DNA from: Deltaproteobacteria bacterium
Lineage (GTDB): Bacteria; SAR324; NAC60-12
DNA: 64,000 bases
NCBI GenBank assembly: GCA_038150265.1
Contig: JAYOTF010000004.1
Location: 70,760-134,759, forward strand
Reading direction: 5' to 3'
The position numbers were made by a program, and so were the translations under genes. Positions within the stretch are counted from its first letter, which is position 1, and each line of letters begins with the position of its first letter. Shown piece after piece: positions 37,666 through 49,831 of this stretch. Under the pieces are notes generated by a model, which was not told where the DNA came from, did not search any database, and saw only the letters and a list, made by a program, of their open reading frames with translations.

Positions 37666-39187
37666 CCGCAACCGGTGCAGCAACCGGCTGAACTTCAGGG
37701 ATGACCCGTCCTGGAAGGTTGATCTGGAAGACCACCCCGGCGTTCACCGGGAGGTTCCGGGCCTCAATGTTGCCTTCGTGAAGTTCGACCATCTTGCGGC
37801 TGATGGCGAGCCCCAGTCCGGTTCCCCGCTCCTTGCCCTGAGTCTGAAAGGGCTCAAAGAGCTTGGCGAGGATCTGACTTGGAATCGGGTCTCCGTTGTC
37901 CACGACCTGAATGATGAGGTCGTTGTGCGAGGGAATGAAGCGGATTTCAATGTGTCCGCCTTCCACCTCACGCAGCTTCTCCCACGCATTCTTCACCAGG
38001 TTGACGATCACGCGGATCAGCTTCCGGCCATCGACCTTGAAGCGCAGGTTGATGTGTTGGGGAGGAATGCAGTAGTCCACGGGCACGCTGTCCACAAAGC
38101 CGAGGTAGGCATCTAGCTGCGCCTCAAAGTCCTCAAACTCAAAGACTTCCTCCTTGAGGGCCACCCGTCCGTTGGCAAACTCCAGGATGTCTTCGGTGAG
38201 CCCCTTGATGTTGACCGACGACTGACTGACCCTGCGGATGTACGTCAGGGCCCGGACCCGCTCCATGGGCGAGACCTCTTCCTTGCTGAGCATCTGCAGC
38301 AGCAGGGACGTGAAGCTCATGATGGAGCCGTTGGTGTTCCCAATGTCATGTCCAAACTCGGCCACGGCGTAGCCCAGTTCCACCAGCCGACGCTCCTGCT
38401 TCTGTGCCTGATGCAGGTCTTCCACCGTACTTTCCAGCTGCTGCTTCGACTCTTCGAGCTCCCGGACGTTGTGCGCCAGCTCGGACTGCATCGACTGAAA
38501 CCGTCCCCAGAGCTCCTGCAGCACGTCCACACGACGCTCCAGCGTGGTCCGTGGCTGGTTGCGGCCCTCCAGGTTCATGTCACCCGGCTCCTGTTCGCGA
38601 CGGTACCGGACAAACTGACGGCACAGGGCGTCTACCTGCTGCGTGACCTTCCGGGCCTGAAGCTGCAGCCAGAGGGCAATCACCATCAAGGAAGCCCCCA
38701 TGCTGAGCAGCAGGCGGATCGGCCAGTTGTGCTCCAGCCCACTCTCCGGAAGCGCAATCAGGCTGCCTGAAATGCCCTTTTCATTGACGGGCACGGAAAA
38801 CTCTCCGGACACGTGCTCCACCCCTTCGGCATCTGGACGAAACTCAAGGCGAGCAATGCCCGGAAAGGGTTCGGCCAAAAACTGCTGAAATTTTTCCGAA
38901 TCCGGGGTCACTCCGTGCTGCAGCAGACTCGTCAGCTCCTGACGGGCCGCGTCCAGCCCCGACACCCCCTGAGCGCTCAGCCCCTGCCCAAAGGGCAACG
39001 CGGCCCACCCCGTCAGCAGGTACACCCCCAGAAACACCCCGCTGGCAATCAACGCAATGTGCCGCTTGGTCAGCACCTGCTGCTCAAAGGGCTTTTCCTG
39101 ACGGACGCTGTTGAGGCGACTCTGGGGAGGAGGATTGCGTGGGGCCGTACGACGGCGTTTCCGGGGAGCCTGGTTTTTCGGTTTCAT
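37655..39187 (-). CDS. Membrane sensor histidine kinase (2 TM, coiled coil, atypical H-box)
   Basis: EFGHDIGNT H-box; NLVKNAWE, DNGDPIP, LFEPFQT, GTGLGLAIS HATPase boxes. Confidence 0.88.
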   Translation of the reverse strand: MKPKNQAPRKRRRTAPRNPPPQSRLNSVRQEKPFEQQVLTKRHIALIASGVFLGVYLLTGWAALPFGQGLSAQGVSGLDAARQELTSLLQHGVTPDSEKFQQFLAEPFPGIARLEFRPDAEGVEHVSGEFSVPVNEKGISGSLIALPESGLEHNWPIRLLLSMGASLMVIALWLQLQARKVTQQVDALCRQFVRYRREQEPGDMNLEGRNQPRTTLERRVDVLQELWGRFQSMQSELAHNVRELEESKQQLESTVEDLHQAQKQERRLVELGYAVAEFGHDIGNTNGSIMSFTSLLLQMLSKEEVSPMERVRALTYIRRVSQSSVNIKGLTEDILEFANGRVALKEEVFEFEDFEAQLDAYLGFVDSVPVDYCIPPQHINLRFKVDGRKLIRVIVNLVKNAWEKLREVEGGHIEIRFIPSHNDLIIQVVDNGDPIPSQILAKLFEPFQTQGKERGTGLGLAISRKMVELHEGNIEARNLPVNAGVVFQINLPGRVIPEVQPVAAPVAVHS

Positions 39188-39419
39188 CCGCAATCACTTC
39201 GGTTTGATCGCCCCAGCAGCCAAAGTGACCCGGGGAAGGTGAGAGAATCCGTTTTGGGAATTCTTGAATAACGCTAACCACTTCAGACTGCAAGCGCAGC
39301 CTTGCTTCGCTGATAAATCATTGCATCCGCATTTAGTGATTTGATTCTTGAGCTTTGGCCCAAATCCTGTGATGATGGCGTTTTCTTTTCACTGCCATTT
39401 CAGAATCAACGGAGTCCGT

Positions 39420-40727
<1,308 letters not shown>

Positions 40728-40739
40728 GTTCGCTCCCCG

Positions 40740-40784
40740 GCGACGGGTCCTTCCCGGGATCCGTCGCATGAGGAAGGCCTCATG
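40740..40784 (+). terminator. Double hairpin after ahcY
   Basis: GCGACGGGTCC/GGATCCGTCGC (11 bp) followed by CATGAGG/CCTCATG (7 bp); no U-tract. Confidence 0.45.
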
Positions 40785-41005
40785 GCCCCTCGCACGCCCC
40801 CTCTGCAGTCCCTGATCCCCTCCGACGTCATCCCTGACTCCTGCTGAAGCCACTCGGTTCCTTCCAGAAGCCCCCTGTTGGGTCCGGAAGGCCGGAGTTC
40901 TTTTCTGCCACCACCCGACGGCTCCTTAACTGACTCCTCATGAGCCCGGAGGGTCCGGACGCTCCCCTGTCAGCGTCTGCTTGTGTCGACTTTTGGAAGT
41001 TCCGT

Positions 41006-41914
41006 ATGCCACGTTCAGGTAACCTGATTCAGGCGCTTTGGGGCCTGGCCCTTTTGCTGCTGGTGGGAGGCTGTCAAGGCACCCCCATGATTGGCGCCAA
41101 CACGCCCCAAGAAGACCTTGATCAGGAACGTTCCGCCACGTACCCCTCTGACGAAGAGATCTACCGCCCGGCTTCAGAGACCATCGCCTTTCTGCCGGTC
41201 CAGCAGGTGGGGAAGCTTTCCCGCTACCACCGGGCCGTGAGCGTCGCCTTTGTGCAGTCCACCCTCGAGGAATTCTCCGGCTTTCAGATCCTTGCCGACC
41301 AGCGGGTGCTGGAAACGCTGTCCCTCAGTCAGTTCCGTTCCGTTCCGGAAAGCTGCCGACTCCAGGCCAGTGAGCCCTGCATTGAAGCCGCACTCGGAGT
41401 CGGACGCTACCTCAAGGCGGACTACATTGCTCTGATGCGCCTGACCCCCAGCCCGGTCCGTGAGGCAGAGAACGACTGGAGCACCTACGTGACCCTGAAG
41501 ATCCACCGCGTTGATCCGGAAGCGACTCCTCAGCTCCGCCCCACCAAACGCCTGGATGAAGAGCTGACCTTCGTTTCCTCTCAGGCCGTCCCCTTGCGGC
41601 AGGAATTCGGCCAGCGCATCCGGAAGGCCTTTCCGATCCAGGGGTTCATTCTGGAAACCCGGGGGGGACGGGCCTATGCCCTCATCAACCTGGGGGAGGA
41701 GCACCACGACAAGGGCATTGTTCCCGGAGCCACCCTGAGCATCTACCGTCGCAGCTACCGGGCCACGGCAGAGTCGGGTCCCACCCAGGTGGCCTTCGAC
41801 CGAGTGGGGCACCTCAGCCTCGTCAACGTGCTCCCCCAAACCGCGTGGGGCATCGTGCCGGAGGAATTCCGGGACGCCATCCGCAGCGGCGATGTGGTGC
41901 AGGTGGAGCCATGA
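41006..41914 (+). CDS. Hypothetical lipoprotein (possible CsgG/FlgT-like fold)
   Basis: Lipobox LVGGC; IAFLP...GRYLKADY and C-terminal INLG...GI..G...IRSGDVV resemble FlgT/CsgG-type proteins. Confidence 0.6.
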   Translation: MPRSGNLIQALWGLALLLLVGGCQGTPMIGANTPQEDLDQERSATYPSDEEIYRPASETIAFLPVQQVGKLSRYHRAVSVAFVQSTLEEFSGFQILADQRVLETLSLSQFRSVPESCRLQASEPCIEAALGVGRYLKADYIALMRLTPSPVREAENDWSTYVTLKIHRVDPEATPQLRPTKRLDEELTFVSSQAVPLRQEFGQRIRKAFPIQGFILETRGGRAYALINLGEEHHDKGIVPGATLSIYRRSYRATAESGPTQVAFDRVGHLSLVNVLPQTAWGIVPEEFRDAIRSGDVVQVEP

Positions 41915-42489
41915 CGCTTCCGGAGCGCAAGCAGGCCCTCCGGGACGATCTGCGTCGCCAGCGTCGGGACTGGGCCCCCTCGCACCGCTCAAACGCCTCT
42001 GCGCACCTGCTCCAGCACCTGCGGCAGGCCCCCGGCTACGCAACGCTGCAGCGCCTCCACCTCTTCCTCGGCCTGGCAGATGAACCCGACACGCAGTCCT
42101 GGCTTCCCGAACTTTGGGCTGACGGCAAGCAAGTGAGCGTCCCGTGTGTGGTTCCCGGAACGGCGGAGTTGGAGCACGCCCGCCTGAATCCGGACACTCC
42201 GCTGGTCCCTGGCGCCTGGGGGCTGCTGGAACCGCCTCCGGAGCAGCGCGATCCCGTTCTGGCCAACTGGGCAGACTGGATCCTTGTTCCCGGCCTGGCC
42301 TTCGATCGGCAGGGAGGACGTCTTGGGTACGGCAAGGGCTTTTACGACCGCTTTCTGGAGACGGCTTCCGGACGCACCCTCGGCGTTGGGTTCGCCTTTC
42401 AGGTGGTTCCGGAGGTCCCGTGCGAGGCCCATGACGTTCCGCTACACGGGCTGCTCACCGAGCAGGGCTTGAGCTGGTTGCAGCCATGA
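41911..42489 (+). CDS. 5-formyltetrahydrofolate cyclo-ligase
   Basis: KQALR, EP, LVPGLAFDRQGGRLGYGKGFYDRFL, EAHDVPL; ATGA overlap with the upstream gene. Confidence 0.93.
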   Translation: MTLPERKQALRDDLRRQRRDWAPSHRSNASAHLLQHLRQAPGYATLQRLHLFLGLADEPDTQSWLPELWADGKQVSVPCVVPGTAELEHARLNPDTPLVPGAWGLLEPPPEQRDPVLANWADWILVPGLAFDRQGGRLGYGKGFYDRFLETASGRTLGVGFAFQVVPEVPCEAHDVPLHGLLTEQGLSWLQP

Positions 42490-43130
42490 AGAAGCTCTTC
42501 TCCTTCCTCCTCACGCTGCTGCTTTTGCTCGGGGCGCTCTTTGTCCTCCGGGCTCCCCTCCTCACGGCTTATGCTCGCTTCTTCACCGTGGACACGGCCA
42601 CTCCGGGAGCAGACGCCATTGTGGTCCTTTCCGGAAACATGCTCACCCGCACGCCACATGGGGTGGAGCTGCTCCGCCAGCAGTACGCTCCCGCGCTCTA
42701 CGTCACAGATGAAAAGTCCCGGAACGCCCGCTTTCAGCACCTCTACCCCACGAACCTGGATTTTGCCAAGGCGGTTCTTGCAGAAACCGGTGTTGCCGGA
42801 ACGCCTGAGGTGATCCCCTCGCTCAAGGAAGGCGCCACCTCGACTTTTGATGAGGCCTACGACGCCCGAACCTTTGCCGAAGCACAGGGCTGGAAGCGGA
42901 TCATCCTGGTCACCGATGCCTTTCACACACGACGTGCCCACCTCGCCTTTGAAAAGGTCTTTGCCGGCAGCCCGGTTCAGCTTCAAATGAGCGCTGCGCC
43001 CAACGACATCTACGATGAAACCAACTGGTGGACCTCCGACTACGGCTTGCTGGTTTATCTGTCTGAAGGCATCAAGTATCCCGTCTACCTTGTCACGGCA
43101 CGGAACGTCTCCTTTGTCCGCAACGACTGA
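42486..43130 (+). CDS. YdcF/DUF218 family protein
   Basis: N-terminal [30 protein letters not shown]. Confidence 0.85.
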   Translation: MKKLFSFLLTLLLLLGALFVLRAPLLTAYARFFTVDTATPGADAIVVLSGNMLTRTPHGVELLRQQYAPALYVTDEKSRNARFQHLYPTNLDFAKAVLAETGVAGTPEVIPSLKEGATSTFDEAYDARTFAEAQGWKRIILVTDAFHTRRAHLAFEKVFAGSPVQLQMSAAPNDIYDETNWWTSDYGLLVYLSEGIKYPVYLVTARNVSFVRND

Positions 43131-43144
43131 CCCTCCGGGTTTCC

Positions 43145-44497
43145 ATGGCCACCAGCGTCTTTGATCTGTTTAAAATCGGCATCGGCCCCTCCAGCTCTCA
43201 CACCGTTGGCCCCATGAAGGCCGCCCAGCAGTTCCTGCGGCACCTTCCCCCTCTGGAGCAGGTGCAGCGGGTGGAAGTCGAGCTCTTTGGCTCGCTTGGC
43301 CTCACCGGCAAGGGGCACGGCACCGACAAGGCCGTTCTCCTTGGACTGGAAGGCGAGGAGCCGGAACACGTCCCCATTGCCCAGATTCCGGAACGCCTCG
43401 AACACCGCCACCAGCACCAGCAGCTGCACCTCGCTGGGCAGGTGTGGCTTCCCTTCTCCCCGAAAAAGGACCTGATCTTTCACCGGCGCAAGAGCCTTCC
43501 GCTGCACGAAAACGGGATGATCTGCCGAGCGTTTGGGGCTGGAGAGCAGCTGCTGGTGGAACGGACCTACTACTCGATTGGGGGTGGATTTGTGCTGGAG
43601 CCGGAAAACGGCACCCTCGTGATCCGGGAGGAGCACACGGAGGTGCCCTTTCCCTTTCACTCTGCGGCAGAGCTGCTGGCCCACTGTCAGGCGGAACAGT
43701 GCCGCATCAGCGACCTGGTGCTGGCCAACGAGCAGCAGGGGCATCCGGAGGCCACCATTCGGGAGCGATTGCTCGCCATCTGGCACGTCATGCAAGCGTG
43801 CGTGAAGACGGGTTGCGAACAGGAGGGCGTTTTGCCCGGAGGCCTGCAGGTTCCTCGTCGTGCAGCCGACCTCCACCGACGCCTGCAACGTGAAGACGAC
43901 CCCATGAACACCATGGTCTGGGTCAACCTGTTTGCGCTCGCCGTCAATGAAGAAAATGCGGCCGGAGGACGAGTGGTCACGGCTCCAACCAACGGAGCCG
44001 CCGGCATCATCCCTGCGGTGATGCACTACCTCCTGCACTTCACTCCGCACCGTACCGACGACACCTTCATTCGCTTTCTGTTGACCGCTGCTGGAATCGG
44101 CGCCCTCTACAAGGAAAATGCCTCCATTTCCGGCGCCGCCGTGGGGTGCCAGGGAGAAGTGGGAGTGGCGTGCTCCATGGCTGCAGGAGCGCTTGCTGAG
44201 GTCCTCGGCGGGACCCCGGAGCAGGTGGAGAATGCGGCCGAAATTGGCATGGAACACAACCTGGGCCTGACCTGTGACCCCATTGGTGGGCTGGTCCAGA
44301 TTCCCTGCATTGAGCGAAATGCCATCGCCGCCGCCAAGGCCATCAATGCGGCGCAGCTGGCGCTACGCACCGACGGCAGCCACCGGGTGTCGCTCGACAA
44401 GGTCATCCGGACGATGTTCCAGACGGGCAAGGACATGCACCGCAAGTACAAGGAAACCTCCCGCGGAGGCCTGGCGGTCAATGTTGTGGAGTGTTGA
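43145..44497 (+). CDS. sdaA: L-serine ammonia-lyase (Fe-S, single chain)
   Basis: [72 protein letters not shown]. Confidence 0.97.
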   Translation: MATSVFDLFKIGIGPSSSHTVGPMKAAQQFLRHLPPLEQVQRVEVELFGSLGLTGKGHGTDKAVLLGLEGEEPEHVPIAQIPERLEHRHQHQQLHLAGQVWLPFSPKKDLIFHRRKSLPLHENGMICRAFGAGEQLLVERTYYSIGGGFVLEPENGTLVIREEHTEVPFPFHSAAELLAHCQAEQCRISDLVLANEQQGHPEATIRERLLAIWHVMQACVKTGCEQEGVLPGGLQVPRRAADLHRRLQREDDPMNTMVWVNLFALAVNEENAAGGRVVTAPTNGAAGIIPAVMHYLLHFTPHRTDDTFIRFLLTAAGIGALYKENASISGAAVGCQGEVGVACSMAAGALAEVLGGTPEQVENAAEIGMEHNLGLTCDPIGGLVQIPCIERNAIAAAKAINAAQLALRTDGSHRVSLDKVIRTMFQTGKDMHRKYKETSRGGLAVNVVEC

Positions 44498-44551
44498 CGT
44501 TCGAGAGGGGGAGTTCCAGAAGCAGCCCGGCTTCAGGAGTCACAAGAAGGG

Positions 44552-45610
44552 TCAGGTAAAGACCAGGGAGGTGTCCTGCTTTTCGGTCACGCGACCGATG
44601 CGGCAGGCGTCGGTGACTCCGGCCTGCTGAAGAGCAAGCACGGCTGCATCCGCTTCATTTTCCGGAAGCGCCACCAGCAGACCGCCGCTGGTTTGCGGGT
44701 CAAACACGATCTCACGCTCCTTCGGCTTGAGGCCTTCCGGAAAGCGGATGGAGCTTCCTACCAACGCCCGGTTGGCCAGGTTGACGCCGGTGCTCATGCC
44801 CCGAAGGTACATTTCCTTCGCCTCCCGCATCAGTGGCAGCTGATCCAGTTCCATCTGCAGGGTGACGTCTGAGCCTTTGGCCATCTCAAAGCCATGTCCG
44901 GCAAGGCCAAAGCCTGTCACATCGGTGCAGGCATGCACCTCAAATCCCGCCAGCGTCTCGGCCGCTACCTTGTTGAGGATGATCAGTTGGTCCAGGCACT
45001 CCTGAAGGGCTTCAGCTGAAACCCAGCCCTTGAGGTTGGCATTGAACAGCACTCCGCTGCCGATGCGCTTTGTCAGCACCAGCACGTCTCCAGGGCGAGC
45101 GCCGGCGTTCCGCCAGAAGTGGTCTGGATGCACCAGCCCCACGACCGACAGCCCGAACTTCGGTTCCTCGTCATCCGTTGTATGCCCGCCCAAGAGGACG
45201 GCCCCCGCTTCAGTGATCTTGCTCATCCCTCCAGCCAGGATGCCTTCCAGGATCTCCGGACCCAGCTTGTCAGAAGGAAACCCCACCAGGTTCAGGCAGA
45301 AGGTGGGCTGGCCCCCCATCGCGTACACGTCGCTCAGGGCGTTGGCAGCCGCAATCTGCCCAAAGAGGTAGGGGTCATCGACCGGAGGAGTGATGAAGTC
45401 CGCTGTTGCCACCAGCGCCTGATGCTCATTCAGGCGATAGACTCCCGCGTCATCACTGGTGGAAAAGCCCACCAGCACATTGGGATCCACCTGCTGCGGT
45501 AAGGCCTCAAGCAGTTTGCCCAGCCCGACCGGACTGAGTTTTGCTGCTCACCCGCACGTCTTGGCCAAGCTGGTCAGGGTTGGTTTCTGAAACCACTTCC
45601 CCAGAGCCAT
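44552..45610 (-). CDS. selD: Selenide, water dikinase (selenophosphate synthetase) containing selenocysteine (UGA at 45548-45550, codon 21)
   Basis: Read-through gives MALGKWFQKPTLTSLAKTCG-U-AAKLSP...DDAGVY...DFITPPVDDP..FGQIAAANALSDVYAMGG...GGHT...TDVTGFGL...DPQTSGGLL. Confidence 0.95.
45510..45547 (-). promoter_or_regulatory. Bacterial SECIS element
   Basis: After the UGA: CUCAGUCC-[GGUC]-GGGCUGGG is an 8-bp stem whose loop starts with G, 17 nt after the UGA; a lower stem GCAG/CUGC is also present. Confidence 0.75.
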
Positions 45611-45677
45611 AGGCACCTTTCCATCAGGAGGTTATCGGATCAGGACTCACCAGGAGTCGGGTTCAGGACCGTTGGGC

Positions 45678-47495
45678 TCAGCCCTGGTCCACTTTGAGGA
45701 CGGCCATGAAGGCTTCCTGTGGGACTTCGACGGTGCCCACGCGCTTCATGCGCTTCTTGCCTTCCTTCTGCTTCTCCAGCAGCTTGCGCTTGCGGGTGAT
45801 GTCACCACCGTAACACTTCGCCGTCACATCCTTGCGCATCGCGCCCAGGGTTTCACGGGCAATCACCTTGGCGCCAATTGCGGCCTGAATGGCCACCTCG
45901 TACATCTGTTTCGGAACCAGCTCCTTGATCTTCTTCGCCAGCTCCCGGCCCTTGTAGTAGGCCTTCTCCTTGGGGACAATCAGGGACAGCGCATCCACCA
46001 CCTCTCCGTTGAGCATGATGTCGAGCTTCACCAGGTCTCCCTTGCGGTAGTCATCAAGCTCATAATCAAAGGACGCGTACCCCTTCGTCACCGACTTCAG
46101 GCGGTCGTAGAAGTCCATGACGATTTCATTGAGGGGAAACTCATACTCGAGCTGGACCCGGTTGGGGCCGGGATACTCCATGTTGATCTGCGTCCCGCGG
46201 CGTTCCTGGGCCATGGTCATGATGCCCCCGACAAACTCGGGAGGCGTGAAGATCCGGCCCCGGATGTAGGGTTCCTCAATGCGGTCGATGCTCATCACCG
46301 GAGGCAGCTGCGAGGGGTTGTCCACCGCAATCATCTCGCCGTCGGAGAGGTAGACGTGGTAGATCACACTCGGAGCGGTGGTGATCAGGCTGAGCCGGAA
46401 CTCGCGCTCCAGCCGTTCCTGGGCAATTTCCATGTGCAGCAACCCGAGGAAGCCACAGCGAAAGCCAAAGCCCAGCGCCACCGAAGTCTCAGGCTCATAG
46501 GTAATGGATGAGTCATTGAGCGCCAGCTTCCGGAGGGCTTCCTTGAGGTCTTCATACTGCTCCGTGTCCACCGGATAGATGCCACTGAAGACCATCGGCT
46601 TCGCCTCTTCGTACCCGGAAAGCGGCGCGGCGCAGGGACGCTCGGCCAGGGTCACGGTGTCTCCGATCTTGGTGTGGCCAATCGTCTTGATCGAAGCACT
46701 GAGGAAGCCCACCTCGCCAGGCCCCAGCACCTCGCGGTCCTTCTTGAAGGGTGTAAAGACCCCGAGCTGCGTCACCTCGTACTCCTTCTCCGTCGCCATG
46801 AAGCGGACCCGGTCTCCAACCCGGACCTCGCCTTCCACCACCCGGATCATGATCACAATCCCCAGGTAGGGATCGAACCAGGAGTCGAAGACCAGCGCCT
46901 GCAGCGGCTTCTCGTTCTTGCCACTGGGGGGCGGCACCAGGTGGACAATCTGCTCCAGCACTTCGTGAATGCCGAGTCCACGCTTGGCGCTGACGCGGGC
47001 AGCCATGCTGGCATCCAGTCCAATGATGTCCTCGATTTCCTGAGCAATGCGTTCGGGTTCTGCCGTCGGGAGGTCGATCTTGTTCAGCACCGGCAGAATC
47101 TCCAGATCGTTGTCGAGCGCCAGGTAGACGTTGGCCAGGGTCTGGGCCTCCACCCCCTGCGCAGCATCCACCACCAGCAACGCGCCTTCGCATGCGGCCA
47201 GCGAGCGTGACACCTCATAGGTGAAGTCCACGTGTCCGGGGGTGTCAATGAGGTTCAGGATGTACTCCTCGCCGTCATCCGCCACGTAGTTCAGGCGAAC
47301 GGACTGGGACTTGATGGTGATCCCGCGTTCGCGCTCAAGGTCCATGTTGTCGAGCAACTGCTCCTGAGCCTCCCGTTCGGTGATGGCCCCCGTTTCGCGC
47401 ATCAGGCAGTCGGCCAGGGTCGACTTCCCGTGGTCAATGTGGGCAATGATGGAAAAGTTCCGGATGCGTTGCGGATCAACGGGCTTCTGGGCCAT
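45678..47495 (-). CDS. lepA: Translation elongation factor 4
   Basis: [63 protein letters not shown]. Confidence 0.98.
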   Translation of the reverse strand: MAQKPVDPQRIRNFSIIAHIDHGKSTLADCLMRETGAITEREAQEQLLDNMDLERERGITIKSQSVRLNYVADDGEEYILNLIDTPGHVDFTYEVSRSLAACEGALLVVDAAQGVEAQTLANVYLALDNDLEILPVLNKIDLPTAEPERIAQEIEDIIGLDASMAARVSAKRGLGIHEVLEQIVHLVPPPSGKNEKPLQALVFDSWFDPYLGIVIMIRVVEGEVRVGDRVRFMATEKEYEVTQLGVFTPFKKDREVLGPGEVGFLSASIKTIGHTKIGDTVTLAERPCAAPLSGYEEAKPMVFSGIYPVDTEQYEDLKEALRKLALNDSSITYEPETSVALGFGFRCGFLGLLHMEIAQERLEREFRLSLITTAPSVIYHVYLSDGEMIAVDNPSQLPPVMSIDRIEEPYIRGRIFTPPEFVGGIMTMAQERRGTQINMEYPGPNRVQLEYEFPLNEIVMDFYDRLKSVTKGYASFDYELDDYRKGDLVKLDIMLNGEVVDALSLIVPKEKAYYKGRELAKKIKELVPKQMYEVAIQAAIGAKVIARETLGAMRKDVTAKCYGGDITRKRKLLEKQKEGKKRMKRVGTVEVPQEAFMAVLKVDQG

Positions 47496-47646
47496 GCAGG
47501 AGTGCGGAAAACAGGGTTGTGAGGAGGTAAGCTCATAAACGCGTTAACGTAGCAGCTTTACGTGATTCCTGCCAGCGCAAACGACGGGGAGGCTCCGGGA
47601 GGAAGCCCGGAGCAGAGGGGATCCGAAGAAGGGAGAGGGGCTTCGC

Positions 47647-48141
47647 TTAGAAGCGGCTCCCGATGCCAAAGGAAAGGCTGGGGCCGGTTCCGGAGACGGC
47701 GTCAAACTCGTAGAACTGCCACGCGGGGCGGACGAATCCGTACAGGAGCGTGTCTCCCACCGTAAAGTACTGGGCCACTTCTGCATGAAGGTCGCCTCCA
47801 AGACGCTCCGATTCCGAGCCGGAGCCGTCTTGATAACGCAGGTCGGAGCTGCCCAGTTCAATGCCAACGGCCAGCTCGATCGGGGACTGCTGCAGCGGGA
47901 GCAGCGCGTCCACCCCCAGCGAGTAGGTCGTGGAGCGGTAGTTGCCGTTTTCGTACGCCCGCAGGTTCAGGGAGTGCCGCATGGCCCGGTTGTCTCGGTA
48001 GTGCCCATACAGCGAGCCCCCGAGTCCGGAAGCGCCCTGGAAGGCACTCGTCTGGTTCCAGTGGGGACTGACTGCATCCAGCCGCACCTCAGGGTTGGCA
48101 AAAATGAGGAGGCTCCCCAACAGCATCAGCAGTCCAGACAT
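47647..48141 (-). CDS. Small outer-membrane beta-barrel-like protein
   Basis: Signal peptide, alternating amphipathic beta strands, C-terminal Phe (SLSFGIGSRF). Confidence 0.6.
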   Translation of the reverse strand: MSGLLMLLGSLLIFANPEVRLDAVSPHWNQTSAFQGASGLGGSLYGHYRDNRAMRHSLNLRAYENGNYRSTTYSLGVDALLPLQQSPIELAVGIELGSSDLRYQDGSGSESERLGGDLHAEVAQYFTVGDTLLYGFVRPAWQFYEFDAVSGTGPSLSFGIGSRF

Positions 48142-48150
48142 GGTCGTTTC

Positions 48151-49806
48151 TTAAAGGGTTTTGCCGCATCGGAACCCGGTATCGGGCCATGCGAGATTCG
48201 GGCGGGTGTGCCCACGGTAGTAACCGGCAGCCTCAAACGCATTGAACGCCCAGGATGACCCCCGGACGACCCGCTCCACGCCTCCGGCCTCAGAGGCTCC
48301 GGAGGTGTAAGGCCGGTAGTGATCGGCGACAAACTCGCGGACGTTTCCCGACAGGTGCATCACGCCTTCTGGCGTTACGTCCCGGTTCCGCTCATTGACC
48401 GACACCGAGCCCTCGGCTCCGGACTCGCGCGTGACCGCAAAGTTGGGCGCAAAGCCGGTTCCATTCCAGGGGTACTTGCGGCCCTTGGGTCCCCGAATGG
48501 CGCGCTCCCATTCGATCTCAGTCAGCAGGCGCTTGCCCACATACTGGCAATAAAACTTGGCATCTTCCCACGTCACGCCCACCACCGGGTGATCGGCCTG
48601 ACCATCTGGGTAGCGTCCCTCCTGCCAGCCGACGGGCTCTCGGTGCCCGGTCCGCTGCACAAACTCGTAGTACTGATCCTGGGTCACCTCCCGGATGTCA
48701 ATCAGGAAGGCCTTCACCCGCACCGTCCGTTCAGGCGAGGAGTCGCTGTAGAGCGGATCGTTGCTGCCCATCACAAACACACCTCCGGGAATCAGCACCT
48801 GGTCCTTGGCATCCTGTGGCTTGCGCTGCTGGAGCTTCTTCGTGAAGGGGTTCACCAGCGCGGTCTGCTCCCGGAGCGGCACCCCGAACTTGATCAGGTC
48901 CGCCCAGAAGATCACTCCGGTGTAGATGCTCATCATCTTCAAGGACGCCACCAGCTCGCCGTCTGGACGCGTGTTGATGGAGCCATAGACAAAGGCGTCC
49001 ACCCCATACAGCTCTCCCAGGCGACGGGCCTGGTTTTCGTCAATAAAGGCGGCCGTGTTGAGCTTCTGCTCTTGGTAGATGAGCTTGAGGTTCTCACGGT
49101 CCACCACGCTCAGCAGAGACTCCTGAGAGATGGCCACGGTCAGGTAGTCCATGACCTCTTCAGAGGTGAAGGATTTGGGCGTGTCGATGCTCCAGAAGCT
49201 CACCCGCCGGATCTTTTCTTCCTTGAGGCGGTCCTCGTCGCGCCGGAGGGAGTCGATGAACTTGCCGTTGAGGTCATTGAGCAGCAGGTAGTGGTCGCGC
49301 TCCTCAAAGAGCGGGAAGGCGTCGGCCCAGACGATGGAGGAGTTCTGCACATCAATCGCCTTGAGGATCAGGGTCTCCTTGTAGATGGAGCCGTAGATGA
49401 ACAGCTGCACCCCCAAAATGTTCCCCAGCTCCCGGTACTCGTTGGGGGTGACAAATTCGGAAAGCTGAATGCGCTGCTCCTGAAGAATCAGCTGCAGCTT
49501 CGAGCGATCCGTCACCCGAAAGCGCTGGGTCCGGACCACCTTGACGTTGATGTAGTCAATCAGCTCATTGATGTTGAGGTTGAGCTGGGTGTTTTCCAGC
49601 TTGATCCGGGAGATGGCCAGGGTCGTGAACTGAGCTGGAACGGAGCGTTGAATGGAGTTGGCCACGCGTCCTGCAACGGCCTCATTGTCGACAAACAGAT
49701 TTTGAGTTCCTTGAGCGACAGCGGGGCTCACAAGTCCACTCAGCAGCCAGCTGAGCCCAAGGAGCGCCGTCAGGAGGCGAGTCAGAGCGTGATGGTTTTT
49801 CAGCAT
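48151..49806 (-). CDS. Secreted protein with two CsgG/TolB-N-like domains and a C-terminal FGE-sulfatase (SUMF1-like) domain
   Basis: Twice DRxxLxLIxQEQ...LGx(I/L)xGV..F(I/V)YGSI; then IPGGVFVMGS, EVT, HPVVGVTWEDA..YC...KRLLTEIEWERA, GNVREF, RGSSW, GFRC. Confidence 0.8.
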   Translation of the reverse strand: MLKNHHALTRLLTALLGLSWLLSGLVSPAVAQGTQNLFVDNEAVAGRVANSIQRSVPAQFTTLAISRIKLENTQLNLNINELIDYINVKVVRTQRFRVTDRSKLQLILQEQRIQLSEFVTPNEYRELGNILGVQLFIYGSIYKETLILKAIDVQNSSIVWADAFPLFEERDHYLLLNDLNGKFIDSLRRDEDRLKEEKIRRVSFWSIDTPKSFTSEEVMDYLTVAISQESLLSVVDRENLKLIYQEQKLNTAAFIDENQARRLGELYGVDAFVYGSINTRPDGELVASLKMMSIYTGVIFWADLIKFGVPLREQTALVNPFTKKLQQRKPQDAKDQVLIPGGVFVMGSNDPLYSDSSPERTVRVKAFLIDIREVTQDQYYEFVQRTGHREPVGWQEGRYPDGQADHPVVGVTWEDAKFYCQYVGKRLLTEIEWERAIRGPKGRKYPWNGTGFAPNFAVTRESGAEGSVSVNERNRDVTPEGVMHLSGNVREFVADHYRPYTSGASEAGGVERVVRGSSWAFNAFEAAGYYRGHTRPNLAWPDTGFRCGKTL

Positions 49807-49831
49807 GTTCGCATTTGAGAAGTTGTCGGAT

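Noticed and set aside
39194..39419. SAH or SAM riboswitch upstream of ahcY
   Set aside because: No GAGGAGCG/CAGGCUC-type SAH core or SAM-I core is visible; the region is AT-rich promoter-like DNA.
41800..41911. 6S RNA upstream of the 5-formyl-THF cyclo-ligase gene
   Set aside because: The ligase gene overlaps the upstream lipoprotein gene, leaving no intergenic space.
48151..48300. Diversity-generating retroelement variable region at the end of the FGE-type domain
   Set aside because: I saw no template-repeat copy and no reverse transcriptase in the window; a remote DGR cannot be excluded.
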